From Takakia lepidozioides (Eukaryota > Plantae > Bryophyta): DNA of 48,000 nt. The stretch lies in contig JAKLZA010000279.1 in NCBI GenBank assembly GCA_030704615.1, positions 1-48,000 on the forward strand, written 5' to 3'. Below, piece by piece: positions 10,891-23,485 of the stretch. Both the position numbers and the translations under genes were made by a program. Below the pieces are notes generated by a model that was given only the letters and a program-made list of their open reading frames with translations, searched no databases and was not told where the DNA came from. Numbering within the stretch: position 1 is the stretch's first letter; each line of letters opens with the position of its first letter.

Positions 10891-12553
10891 TTTTCTCGTC
10901 TGTTTCTCTATCTCTGTCTATGTCTACAGGCTCCTTACTTCTTCACATACAGCCCATCTATCACGTAATGCAAATGCACACTCCGCCAGGCATCCAGTGC
11001 AGCCAGCCATGAAGTCATCCTTGGTCTCACAAGGCAAAACCATCCCTTTCATCAGTCTCTCTATCTCTCTCTCTCTCTCTTCTCTCCGTCAATACTCAAC
11101 CCTTCACACTACCCCTTTCTTTTAAAAGATCCCATTTCCCAAAACAGCTCTCATCCCTTCTTCAGATTCAACCTGAATACCCAACATCTCTCTTTTCCTT
11201 TCAACAAAAGGGCTTAAGTCGTTCATATCCTGATACAATGCTGAAATCACACCTTATCCCTTTTGTGTTTTCATACAGTTCCAGCTAACCCTCAGTTATC
11301 TCTCCAAGCAAACAAGCTATATCTACATTGGGTCCAGTGTATCACTACCCCCCCCCGCAGCATTGTGTGCAGGTTTACAACACTGAAACAAGAACAAGAA
11401 TGAAGACAACAGTGACCATTCTGTTTTCTGTGACAACAGTCTCTCTCTCTCTCTCTTCACTCATTTTTCTTACTGACACTACGACGGCAGGTGTATCCAT
11501 TCCTTCCATGTTCTGGTTTGAAGTCCAGAGTCTCCATTCCATTTCCAAAAACCTTTCCTCTATCACATGTCTCCACCCTTTCCTTTCAACAACCAGGGCA
11601 GTCCTAAATCTACCAAAAGCGATTTCTAAGTCCACCCCAAAGAAGAAGCCCACAGTCTACCAACTTATCTGTTTTTATCCTCCAGTGAAGCGGTGGGTCA
11701 GCCTGCCGAGATGGCACCTCACCATCGCCTGTCAGCAGCCACCACAACCTTTTCTCCTTGTCTTGATTCCAGAGTTTATCATGCCATGATGTCTCCTCAT
11801 CATCCTATGGAGCATCCTGTGGTTTGCCAACTAAATTGCTCTATTCTTCTATGCATGTAGCTCTTTAAGAACTGAAATGGACCTATAGCAAGAAGACAAA
11901 AAGGCAGCTAGAAGCCTGATTACAGATAACCTGTGTTGCCATCCAGCCAGCACTCCACATGCCTTATCACCTCCATTGATTGTGCTCAGATTCTCTTCCT
12001 TGTGCTTCTGGCAGGTGGCCGTTCTCCTTGCTTGCTCATCTGCCCATAACTGTCATCTTCAAGACAGTGGCGGCAGCGGTGGTGCGCCGCTCTCCTTACA
12101 TGCTCCTATCTCCATGAATTGATCATCACAACGAGAAAGACGGCACCGCTTCCCTTTACACAGAATACCAAGCAGAGGCACTTAATGCTGCCCTCTAAAC
12201 CAAGCGAAGTCCCACAGCGCAGGTACAACCTCTCAACACAGACTGCCCTGTCAACACCACAGCTCGCGGCAGCTGCTACGAATCGCCCGTCACCTTCCTC
12301 TTCGTTTTTTCTTCCTCGCGGATTTTAGGTTGAGCATCAATGACGAAAACGTTCATCGCATGGATGAAAAATGCATGGTCACGACTTAGCCATTTTTATT
12401 TTGGCAACGCATGAGTACAGTATGCCCACAAAATTACCTGTATGGAGGGATATATCCCTCTTGCAGTTGGTATGAGGGCCCTCCCATTATAGTGATGCAG
12501 GGTCTTAACGGTGAAGCCAAAATGTAATGTCACTCCCCTGCATTCACACTACA
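10321..12553 (-). repeat. 5' LTR of the nested element (lacks the terminal CA att end)
   Basis: Direct repeat of 4714-6946; starts TGTAGTGTG on the - strand and ends CCCCTTCTTT at the PBS. Confidence 0.93.
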
Positions 12554-12628
12554 AGAGATTTCCAACTCTTCTATCTTGGAGTTTCCGCCTCGGATAGCGA
12601 AGGGATGGGTGAGTAAAGCCGCGCGACA
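12554..12628 (+). repeat. Last 75 bp of a gypsy LTR
   Basis: Matches 480-555; followed by the PBS at 12631. Confidence 0.85.
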
Positions 12629-13210
12629 TTTGGCGACCATACTGGGGACCTGGGACATGAACAACCAGATGTGACAGGCATCTGGTGGGATCATGGTGGT
12701 TGGACCATTAGGATTTGAAGTGAATCAAATTCCCTGTGGAACGAAGGAAGAAAGATTGTCCAAACAATTCTTTCAAAGGTTCTTGGAATTGCCAGACGGA
12801 TGTAAAGAAAATATTCTTAAACGAGTGCATGATGCTGATCCAGAATGGGGTCTGGAGAAAGGAGTGATAAAGATTTATCAGGTAGCCTGTAGAGGAAGAG
12901 CACGTTGGTTACCAACATTAGTTTATGTGATAGCGTTGCTATCCATTAAACGAGTAGAGTTTGAAGGCTGGGAAGAAGAAAGGTGAATGTTTATACTATA
13001 TGCATGAAGAGCTTGTACTGGTAAAGAATTGGATTCCAAAGGATATTTTGTGGATCAAACTCACACCAAGAACAGCTTTTCAGACTTGTTTGCCATATGG
13101 TTATATGGTAACGGAGACTTCAAGTATAGCCAAGGGTGCATTGAAGCTTGAAAGAAATCCAGGCATATACGAGAGATATTACAGAAGAGTTTTGGTTATT
13201 GCCACATTAA
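12554..13210 (+). pseudogene. ORF0 copy 2, 5'-truncated and frameshifted
   Basis: ORF fragments 12693..12986 and 12961..13239 match ORF 535..1143. Confidence 0.5.
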
Positions 13211-13231
13211 AAGAAATGAAAGACATGGGAC

Positions 13232-16200
13232 ATGAGTGATGAAAGAGAAGCTAGACGACAAAGATATTCATCAAAAGAGAAAGCTATCTGAAAGCTAATT
13301 ATCCATATCTTTGGGAGAGAGGAATAGACATAGGGGAATCATCTGGACTCTCACACCATCAAGATCAAAAAGTGCATCACCTATACCGGAAGAACTAGAG
13401 TTGGATGCCACTCCTTCTGTTTCTTTGCAAGAATTTAAGGGAATTGGTACAGGAAGAAGATCAATCACGAGGTGAAAGATCTGAGGTACATCCTTGGATA
13501 AAAGACTTGACAAAAATCTTTGATAAGAGTTGGCATGGAACACCAAAAGCAGGAACTCCAGTTTCTGAAGCAGAAGATGAAGAAGGAGATGAGGATGTGG
13601 CAGAGCCAACGGAGAGTTCAGACTCTCCAACACCATTACAGTTGAGTTACATGAGTGAAGAAGAAACCCAAGGGCAGAACTTGGAGGATGAAAACAGAGA
13701 GAAGAAATTGGAAGAGGAAGAATATGAAGAATTACCCAACAGCTGAGGTTGAGACTACAACCAGGACATCCCAACCCGTTGGACCTGGATCAAGTGGAGC
13801 ACTTGGATCACAGGCCAACGAAGGTGTCGGCTCAGGGGGATCAGGCGGGCTGCCTGGATCTGGCTCTGGGGGGACAGGGAGTGTGGGAAGTAGTGCAACT
13901 GAAGCTGGGAATACTGTGAATATCGTGGGCCAGAAGCAGGGAGTGCTCAAGGGCCACCACTTGGTGGAAGATCCACCACAAAAACAAGGTCCAGAAGGAC
14001 CAGCACCAGCAAGGGTGCCAGCACCTGTCAGTGGGCAGAAGGTAGGGCCACAGATGGCGTTACAACCAACACGGCAAAACCACCCTTTCCAATATATTCA
14101 GGAAAAGGGGATCCCGATGTACACATTAGCCAATTTGAGCACATGTGTATAGTGAACAATGAGAATGGCGATGATGCCAAGATGAGACTGTTTCCTTGTT
14201 CACTTATCAAGAAAGCAAGTGAATGGTATGCAAGATTCCCTGATAATCATTTCCTAACCTGGAATGGCTTGAATACAGCATTTCGAAATAGGTTCAGGAC
14301 AAGTAAAACTGAGGATGAAGTGTATGGAAGTTTACAACAGCTGAAGCAGAAGAAGCATGAAACTGTTGAAGAGTATGGAGAAGATGGAATTGATGATGAA
14401 AAAGCTGGCTGCAGTACCAGCACCCGGTTTACAGAAGACTTGGTTTGTGAGTGGACTAAGACCAGAGTTGCAGAAGAAAGTGGATATGTTACCCCATAAT
14501 ACAGTGGAGGAGGCATTTGAAACTGCAAACAGAATTGAGCAATTGGGAATGCTCAGGAGAGAGAAAAAGAAGATGAGGACTCTGAAGATGAGTCAGATGA
14601 AGAAAGAGCAAGAACTAAAAAGAAAGAGTAAGAGAAAGGAAAAGTTGAAGAGGGATAACTATGAGAAAGATTGGAAGAAATCTTGAAGAAGTATGCCACA
14701 GAGGCTGCAACACATTGGAGGAAGGGTGTATGGTGTGCAAAGTGCCAGAATGAAGGCCATACCACTACAGAATGCCACATGAAGGAGAAACACTGTACTA
14801 TCTGTAAAATGGATAACCATTCTACTGAGAATTGTTACTACAACAGAAGGACAGCTGCAAGAGAACCTAGGCAAGTGAGGGTGCATCAGGTGCAGCCCCA
14901 GCCAAGAAGAAGCAATGATCAGGACCACTATGGTAGGTCTGGTGGTTATAACAATGGCATGGAAGGGAGAGGTAATTCAAGAGGGAATTACCAAGGAAAT
15001 TCCAGAGGCAACTATCAGGGTAATCCAAGGGGGAATTACCAGCCCGGGAATCAGGATTATAGAAATAATCCAAGACCAGACCAAGGGCGAGGACCCAATG
15101 GTGAAGAGCTATGTTACTATTGTAATCAGCCAGGACATCGCAAGGCAGCCTGTTCATTCTGGATAAGACACCAGAATGAGATGAGAGCTCCTGTGAATGA
15201 GGGCCCAGTGGTGGCAGCTCACATGGTTAGGCCATGTGTTGTACCAGAAGTAAGTACAATGATAGTAACAAGAAGTAAAGCCAAACTAATACCTCCAGTA
15301 GAAGAGGAGAAGATGAGACTGGAAGTGGCAATGATGCCTGAAGATGAAGACTTGGAAAGATGAGAAGGAACTGCACAAGGAAGTGGCAGATACTATAAGG
15401 GAAATGCAAAAGAGTACTGATATTCCTGTGGCAGATTCCTCTGATTCGGATGGAGAAAAGAGGGAGTGAGGAAGAAAGGAAAAAAGAAGATGCAGACATG
15501 CAAAGTAATGAAGAGACTTTGGCTGAAGTAATATGTCAGACCAAAGCAGAAATTACCATTGGACAGCTATTAGCTGTGGCACCTTATTGTAGGCACAGGC
15601 TGTATCAGGCAATCAATCGAATTGCCCAAGAGACAGGAAACACAGACCTGAACAGCAAGGTGACCAGTTATAATGTGAAGCCGGAAGGGCGAGAACCAGT
15701 CATGGACTTTGATGATTCTATGCCAGTAATCCAATTGAGAATTGGAAGCACAGAACTAACTGATGTACTGATAGATGGTGGTTCTGGAGTAAATATCATG
15801 ACAGACCAATTAAGGAAGAAGCTTGGTCTAAGTAACATGAAACCAGCCCCATTTACAGTAAAATGGCAGATCAAAGAAGTGTACAGCCATTGGGATTAAT
15901 AAGAGGAGTTAAGATACAGATACAGAAAATGATCTTTATGATCACAGTAACTGTATTAAAAATGGATGAAGTCATGGAGGCTTACTCCTTATTATTGGGA
16001 CGTCCGTGGCTGAAACAGGCCAGGGTATTCCATGACTGGAATTCTCAGTTACTAACTGTGCATAATGGGATGCACGAGATACAAATTACCACAAAGAAAT
16101 CTAGTAGATTACCTGCTACAAGAAGACCTCGAGGAGTCAGAGAGTATGACTGGAGGGGAGGACTGGATGAGGAGCAGGAAGCTACCCTATTTGCTGCACA

Positions 16201-19200
16201 CCCAGAGTGGGAGCAGGTTGCAGAGATGCGGCTGGAAAGCCTAAGTTGTTTGAGAGGTATCTGCTGTGGTGTAGTGACAGCAACACCAACTGAAGAGAAA
16301 CCAGCATTTACCCATCACATTTCTATGAAGAAAGAGAAGGAGAAATAGAAATCCTAGAAGAACCAGCCACTGTGAGCTTACAGGATGAAGTGGTGACTGG
16401 TTGGACAATCACAGCTGATGAGCAGGTGAGAGAAGTAAATGTGGGAACTCAGGAGGAACCGAGGATGGTGAAAGTAGGAGCTGATTTGGAGCCGGAATTC
16501 TTCGAAGAAGCTAAAAGCTTGTTCATCAAATACAGAGATGTATTTGCTTGGAGCTATGAGGATCTAAAAGGGATACCACCTGAAGTCTGTCAGCATAAAA
16601 TTGAACTGGAACCAGGGTCAGTACAATCAAGCAGGCGAGGTATAGAATGAATCCCAACTACGCACAGAAGGTTGGAGAAGAGATAAAGAAGTTGGCTGAG
16701 GCTAAGTTTATATACCCAATAGAGTATACAACTTGGTTGTCACCCATTGTTATAGTTCCCAAGAAGAATGGCAAACTAAGAGTATGTGTGAACTATAAGA
16801 AGCTGAATGCTTGTACGAAGAAAGATCCTTTCCCTTTGCCATTCACAGAAGCAGTATTAGACACTGTGGCAGGCCATGAGATGTACTCATTCATGGATGG
16901 CTTCAGTGGTTATAATCAAGTGCAAGTGGCAGAAGAAGACCAAGGGAAAACAGCTTTCATCACAGACTGGGGGGCTTATGCATACAAAGTCATGCCCTTT
17001 GGACTTTGTAATGCACCAGCGACCTTTCAGAGAGTGATAAGTGAATCTTTTCAAGAGTATCTGGATGATTTCATGCAGGTGTTTTTGGATGATTTCAGTG
17101 TGTACAGCTCTAAGAATGAGCACTTGCATAAATTGGAGTTATGCCTGGCCAGATGCAGGATGAGAGGTCTGGGCTTGAACCCAGAGAAGTGTACTTTCTG
17201 TGTGAACTCAGGGGTGCTTCTGGGACACATTGTGTGTAAGAAGGGACTCCTTGTGGATCCCAGGAAGACAGAGTCCATTAAAGCCTCTCCACCACCAGTG
17301 AATGTTAAGAGTTTAAGGAGATTCCTTGGGCAAACCAGTTATTACAGAAGATTTGTCAAAAGGTATGCACAAATAGCAGCACCATTGAGCAAGCTTCTGA
17401 AGAAAGATGCAGTGTTTGCATGGACAGCTGAATGTCAACAGGCGTTTGAGGAACTTACACTGTCAGTAACAACTACACCTGTGCTGATTAACCCTCACTG
17501 GCATGTAGTATTTCATGTTCACTGCGATGCATCAGGAGAAGCGTTGGGAGCGGTGTTAGCCCAGAATGTTACAGGGAATATAGATTCACCTGTGTACTAT
17601 GCTAGCCGGTTGATGAACAGTGCTGAGAGGAACTATAGCACAACGGAAAGAGAAGCATTGGCAATGATCTATGCAGTGAAGAAATTCAGGCATTACCTAT
17701 TGGGAAGAAAGTTTATGTTTTATGTGGATCACCAGGCTCTGATATATCTGGTGAACAAACCTTTGATAAGTGGAAGGATAGCGAGGTGGTTAATAATCTT
17801 GCATGAGTTTGAGTTCGAGGTTATTTACAAGCCTGGCCGTTTGCATCTTGTGGCAGATCATTTGTCACGACTAACAACAGGAGAGGCCGCCACAGGAGTG
17901 GACGATCAGTTACCTGATGCGAGTTTATTTGTAATGGAGGTGCAAGGAAGTGCAGATGAATGGTTAGATTGGCAGTGGCCAATCAGATACTACCTTGCTC
18001 ATGGTCAGTGCCCACCTAGTTATGGTAAGGAGCAGAGGAAGAGAATCGCTATCAAAGCTTTACCTTATACTATGGTAGGAAGCAGAATGTATAAGTTAGG
18101 ACCTGATGGAGTACTAAAACGATGCTTGTACCACCATGAAGTAAATAAAGTCTTGGAGGAAGTTCATAAAGGAGTGGCTGGAGGTCATTTTGGAGAAGAG
18201 ACTACCAGTAGAAATATACTACTCGCAGGATACTGGTGGCCTACTTTGTTCAAAGATGTACATGAGTATTGTCAGAAGTGTGATGAATGTCAGAGGCTAG
18301 GACCTTTGCAGAGATCTGGAAGAATGGCCTTGCATCCTACAATGCCTACGGAACCATTTCAGAAATGGGGACTAGACTTTGTTGGACCAATTAATCCACC
18401 ATCCAAGAATACACGAAACAGGTACATAATTACAGCCACTGATTATACTACAAAGTGGGTGGAAGCTAAAGCTTTGAGGGACAACACAGCCAAGTCCACA
18501 GCAAGGTTCCTGTACGAGAACATACTTACACGATTTGGATGTCCCTTAGAATTTATCAGTGATCAAGGAAGTCACTTCATGAATGAGACCATTGAGTTAT
18601 TGACTAAAGAGTTTATGATTGTGCATAGAAAGAGTACAACATATTACCCACAGGGTAATGGGCAGGCAGAGGCTACCAACAAAATACTATGTACTATCTT
18701 GGCTAAGATAGTCAATGCAAACAGAACGGATTGGGATACAAAGCTGCTGACAGCTTTGGTCATACAGGACTTCATATAAAGTCACCACTAAGTATACACC
18801 ATTCCAATTAGTTTATGGTATGGAAGCCTTACTTCCAGTGGAATTCCTGTTACCTACCATGAGAACGGAGTGGGGAAAAAGAATGGAATTGCAAGACTCC
18901 ATCAAGGTCAGGAAACATGAATTATACCATGTGGAAGAAGTACGTGCTGATGCAGCTGATAATATGACCAGATTCAGATGAAGCGAAAGGAACAGTTTGA
19001 TGAAGGCAAGTTAAAGACTTTTAAGACGGGGGATTTGGTTCTATGGTTGCAGAAGAAAGGAAAGATTCAAGCTTCTAAGCTTAAATCACCATGGAAAGGA
19101 CCTTATGTCATACAAAAGATGTATGATAACAACACAGCCATGTTACAAACCATTAACAAAGAAATGCTGGGAAGAGTCAATGCAAATAAGTTGAAGGGGT

Positions 19201-19484
19201 ACAGTGGTATCCATGACAAACCCCTGCAGCATGATTTGCATGTTGAACCGCAAGAGCAGTCACGGGCTGCACCAGTGTTACGAACGGAGTATGGAACACT
19301 TGTCGCTAGGCCCAGTATATATGACCGGGTGGGCAAAACGACACAGCCTATCACAGCCATTCACAGCCCATCACACACAGCCTATCACAATCACGTGACA
19401 CAGCCTATCACAGCAGCGCACAGCCTATCACAGGGCCTATCACAGCGTAACCAGTATGACACAGCGCTCAACACAGCCTACTAA
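13232..19484 (+). CDS. gag-pol polyprotein copy 2 (Gag, PR, RT, RNase H, integrase); apparent frameshifts
   Basis: MPFGLCNAPATFQR, VFLDDF, HCDASGEALGAVL, NYSTTEREAL, HHCC zinc finger, WGLDFVGP, ISDQGSHF, NGQAEATN, WKGPY; order RT-RH-IN indicates Ty3/gypsy; no chromodomain seen. Confidence 0.93.
19340..19481 (+). repeat. CACAGCC minisatellite at pol 3' end, copy 2
   Basis: Repeated ACACAGCCTATCACAGC. Confidence 0.85.
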
Positions 19485-19612
19485 AGTTACACGATCCATA
19501 GAATCAGTGACAAGTGGACACATAAAAACTTCAGGAAAATGGCTGAAGGAAGAAGAAACGGAAATTATTTAAAAATAGACACGTGGGGTCAGGGTGCGAC
19601 ACACAGCAGAGA

Positions 19613-22600
19613 ATGAAGTGCAAGGACAGGTGTCAAAAGAAAGAGGACAAGAACGGCCGTCAAAAGGGATGAAAGGCGGGCCCATTAATGAATACGGAAA
19701 AAGGGAAACAGAACGAACGGCAAGTACAGAAAAACTGAATTCATGTCGCATGTGTGATCCTAGTGGACTATCCAACAGGGAAAGTCCACTAAAGAAGATA
19801 AAAGTTAAAATCCAGTCACAGCGGATACAGCCAATAGAAAACCAGAGAAATGATCAAGAAAATGGAGGGAAATTGAGCGCAAGAGGCGGCGTCGTTCTGA
19901 GTAACGGGCGTCTCGACAGGACAGGCCATAAATGCTATAACTTGGAAACTATGGAGGAACTAACAGACTATACGCTCGCAATATTACTTACGCAATGGCA
20001 GAGACACGAAACGAAAGAGCAGAGCTTTTCTCTTGAACAATGCTTGCAAGCCCCGCAGGCTTACAAGAATTACCCATAGCTTTCTGCGGCAACCATACGT
20101 TTATGCTTTGTGCACTACAGGCATTCCTGCAGTTGTTACAGCCAAAGCAGTTCTGTGAGTCTAAGATGAAGAGAGTGAGAGGAATGGAGGAAATCAGGGT
20201 GAAGAGCACCACAATTCTGCAGAAACAAACGATGGCTACCCCACAGGCGATAAAGATACTGAAGGAGCTGAGATTGGAAGGATTGCAAAGCATGGATTGG
20301 ACACTACACCATAGACAGTACATGTTAATTTTTGCAGAACTTTGAGCCAAAGACAGGAACAACAGGGTGAAGGGAGTTAATGATTACTCCCCTATACCTC
20401 CAGCAATTGTTTCGATTGCCAGCAGGTCATGTGTATGTGGAGGAACACAGGAAGACTGCAAATAGGGGATTTATTCCAAGAAGGGAGTTTCTTTAAAACT
20501 CAGGGTTATGCTTGTACCAAAGCTGTGTACCCAGGGTTAAAAGACATAGGCCAAGTATTGAACGTTCTGATTGCCCTGAAACAGAACCAACAATATTTGA
20601 GCAGATCCTTCACAGAGGAAATCCTCAAAGGCTTGAAGGGACAAGAGGTACCATGGGCGGACATAATGTACAACGCACTGGTAGAGGAGATGAAAAGATT
20701 ACAAGGTACTACCGCAAAATCTCCTATCATAGTGTCTGGCCCAATCATTGCTCAAATAATCCTTATTCTGGCATACTTAATGCACAAGAAAGGAAGGAAA
20801 TGGGAGTGTTTGAGCCAGAAACAACTGCAATGGAAGAGCAAGGCTCTTCACACAGTGAGGGTGGACTAGCAGCACAACCCGAGACTAAGAGGCAGAGAAG
20901 GGGAAAGACTGTAGTGGCGGATCCACTGGCTTCACGGATTCCGCATGATAATGTTTCCCAAGCTCATGACCAGGAAGGGGCACAGCAGCACAAAAGAATG
21001 TTATTACTGGAAGCAGGACCTTCAGAGAGGGAGGAAAGTTACTTCTGCATCACAACCAACACAGCCACTTGAACGACTTGTCACAAGGTCACAAGTTATC
21101 CATGCAGCTCAACCCGAAATAATTGATTTGGAAAGTGAAGGGATAGATATTCCAACTACAGAACAGATAGTGGCAGAAATAGAGAAAGGGGACCTTCTCT
21201 ATGAATATTCTGGTCTGGTCAAGGAGACAGAAATCCCAGAGGTGCAACAGTTGCCCAAGGAAATCCTGAGGTACATATAATGCACACACCTGTGTCGGAG
21301 GTACCACAGGCGGAAGGCCATGACACTGTAGCACCGGTCATAAATGAAGTAGTTCAGGAAGAAAATCCGGTGGGACAATGGTCTGAATGGTTAGTGAGAC
21401 ATCATACTGTTGAAGATCAGGAGGAACAGCAGCAACCTCACCATGATGACCCTCAACAGGCAATGCTGATGAGTTCCATAGGCAGGACACTTAATTTGTT
21501 GGGGACTTATGTCAAAACCCATGTTCCAATTTGATGATTGCAAGAACAATGCAGAGTTGCAGACAGTGCATAACAGGATGGCGATACAATGCGCTACATT
21601 TACAACTATGCTTGACCAATCAACAAAAGAAATAAACAGTCAAGCGGAAAAATGTACGAAGGCAGAAGAAGAGAATGTGGAGCACATGAAGCTCATTGTC
21701 GATATGAAATACAATCTGTCGCAATGAAGATACTTTCAAGCAATACAGGCAGATGGAAGCTGAGAAGAGAAATACATCGTGGAGTTGCAACAAACCATCG
21801 TGGCCAATAGAAATGAAATCGCGGTCAGTAACAAGGCTTCGAAAGAAGCCAATAATCTACTTGCTGCCTATGCGCAATTGGTTGAGCCACAGGCGAAGCG
21901 CATGAAGGCTTTACAACAGCAGTTGGAATTGTATAAGCTAAGAGAGGAGCAAACTCTCAGGGGAACCACAAGCAGCTTGGTGGATAACAGCCTTATGCAG
22001 GTCTGGTTAGCACAAGGGCCAGTAGAAGGCAAAGCCCACGGAAGCTCACCCAAAGCGAGATGAATGAGCTCAGACTGCAGGTGCAGAACATTGCCACAAC
22101 TACTATAGACAATGTCTATAGTAGGATAGCAGAGTTACAAGAGGATGTAGACGGACTCCAGACTCAAGTGGAAGACCTCACTTCAAACATCGACCAAAGA
22201 GTCTATATCCCTCAGGAACAGCTAATGGCTTCTTATTTGCAAGCCAGAACTCTGGCTTTTCAGTCTTCACAGGAGGTGCAGGAGATGCCAATGGTACAGG
22301 AACCAGTACCACCACCACCACAACAGGTCAGTGTACCAGTAGCTGAACCTGTGGTTACTACAACCACACCACAGCCACCACAGCCGGAGGTATGGGGCAA
22401 TGCAGCTTTTAACCCACCTAAAACTCCAGCTGCCAGGGAGTACAGTAGGGCTATGATTATGCCCTTCAACCAAATTCCCATCATGTTGGATTTGGCTTGG
22501 AAAGAATTTAGTCCTCCGCAGTCATTCGCACATTACTACCAAATCATGCGTATTTGGCTGCCAGTGGCAACCAGGACTAAAGTTCTTCCAAACAATCGAC

Positions 22601-23455
22601 ATATTGAAGATCATCACTTTGCACAATACTGGCACGAGGCAGGTACCATGTTGAGGGAATTGGTTGCTTTCCAGGTTGTACATGGACTCATTTATACCAA
22701 GACCAAGGAGATAGCAAGTATTGTCATGGGGTGCGGGCTATACTACGCTGCTTGTTTTCTGATACGTTACCACATTGAGCAACAAAAGATGCAAGCACGC
22801 TTTCAAAGTTACTCCAGTGGAGATCATTGGTATTACCTTCGGTGCCACCTCATATGTACCTATATGACCCAAAAGTTATGATACAGAAGGATTCTCAAAT
22901 TCGTTCATGGTTTCAAGCAGCCTGCAACAATTTGTCAACACAGAAATTCGGACTTGATGACATTTTCTATAAGGGACATATCGCATGGAAATACTTGCAC
23001 GCTGCACCAGTAATTGGTACCCCCCACTCATTGGACAGACAAGGAGCTCAGTGTCTACACCAATTTTGCTGTTCAACGGTTACACCAGGTTGTAAAATGC
23101 AAACTTCCAGACATGGTAGGACAGCATTGTATGCCCCAGATGATTCCACAAAAAGTTCGAAAATTAAAACACCTGAGAGGCGATGAGGATTCTGATACAA
23201 CTGTTTCTTCACAGAATTCTTTTGACATGGGAGAAGACTATGCAATTCAGATGGAAGAGAAGCAAAGGGGATCTCCTATGCCGGAAAGATTACCTCGATA
23301 TCAGCCTCCAGAAGGCCTCACTTATCCAGGTAGTGATCAACCATCTCCATCAACCAGAGACAGACCTCGGGCTCGTACACACAGCCCACCACGAAACTCT
23401 CAACGTCAACAAGGCTCACTCACAAAGGTTTGCTACTCGAAACAGTAAACCGTGA
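19613..23455 (+). CDS. Extra 3' ORF copy 2 (fragmented)
   Basis: Fragments match 43285-47371. Confidence 0.7.
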
Positions 23456-23469
23456 GGACACGGCTTTTT

Positions 23470-23482
23470 GAGGGGGAAGGGG
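23470..23482 (+). promoter_or_regulatory. Polypurine tract GAGGGGGAAGGGG
   Basis: Followed by TAA and TGTTAG; repeated at 35156-35168 and 47386-47399. Confidence 0.8.
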
Positions 23483-23485
23483 TAA

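Larger units (their letters stand above)
4703..12553 (-). mobile_element. Non-autonomous LTR retrotransposon, 7851 bp, nested in opposite orientation
   Basis: Termini TGTAGTGTGAA...TTCACACTACA (11-bp inverted repeat), two 2233-bp direct repeats, iMet PBS and PPT on the - strand, one ORF with no RT/RH/IN motifs. Confidence 0.93.

Noticed and set aside
12547-12556. CACTACAAGA resembling a CACTA/EnSpm transposon end
   Set aside because: It is the nested element's end (CACACTACA) joined to gypsy LTR sequence (AGAGATTTCC); no transposase, subterminal repeats or 3-bp TSD.
16887-17278. Antisense ORFs recurring in each unit
   Set aside because: Short shadows of the pol frame with no motifs; recurrence just reflects the array.
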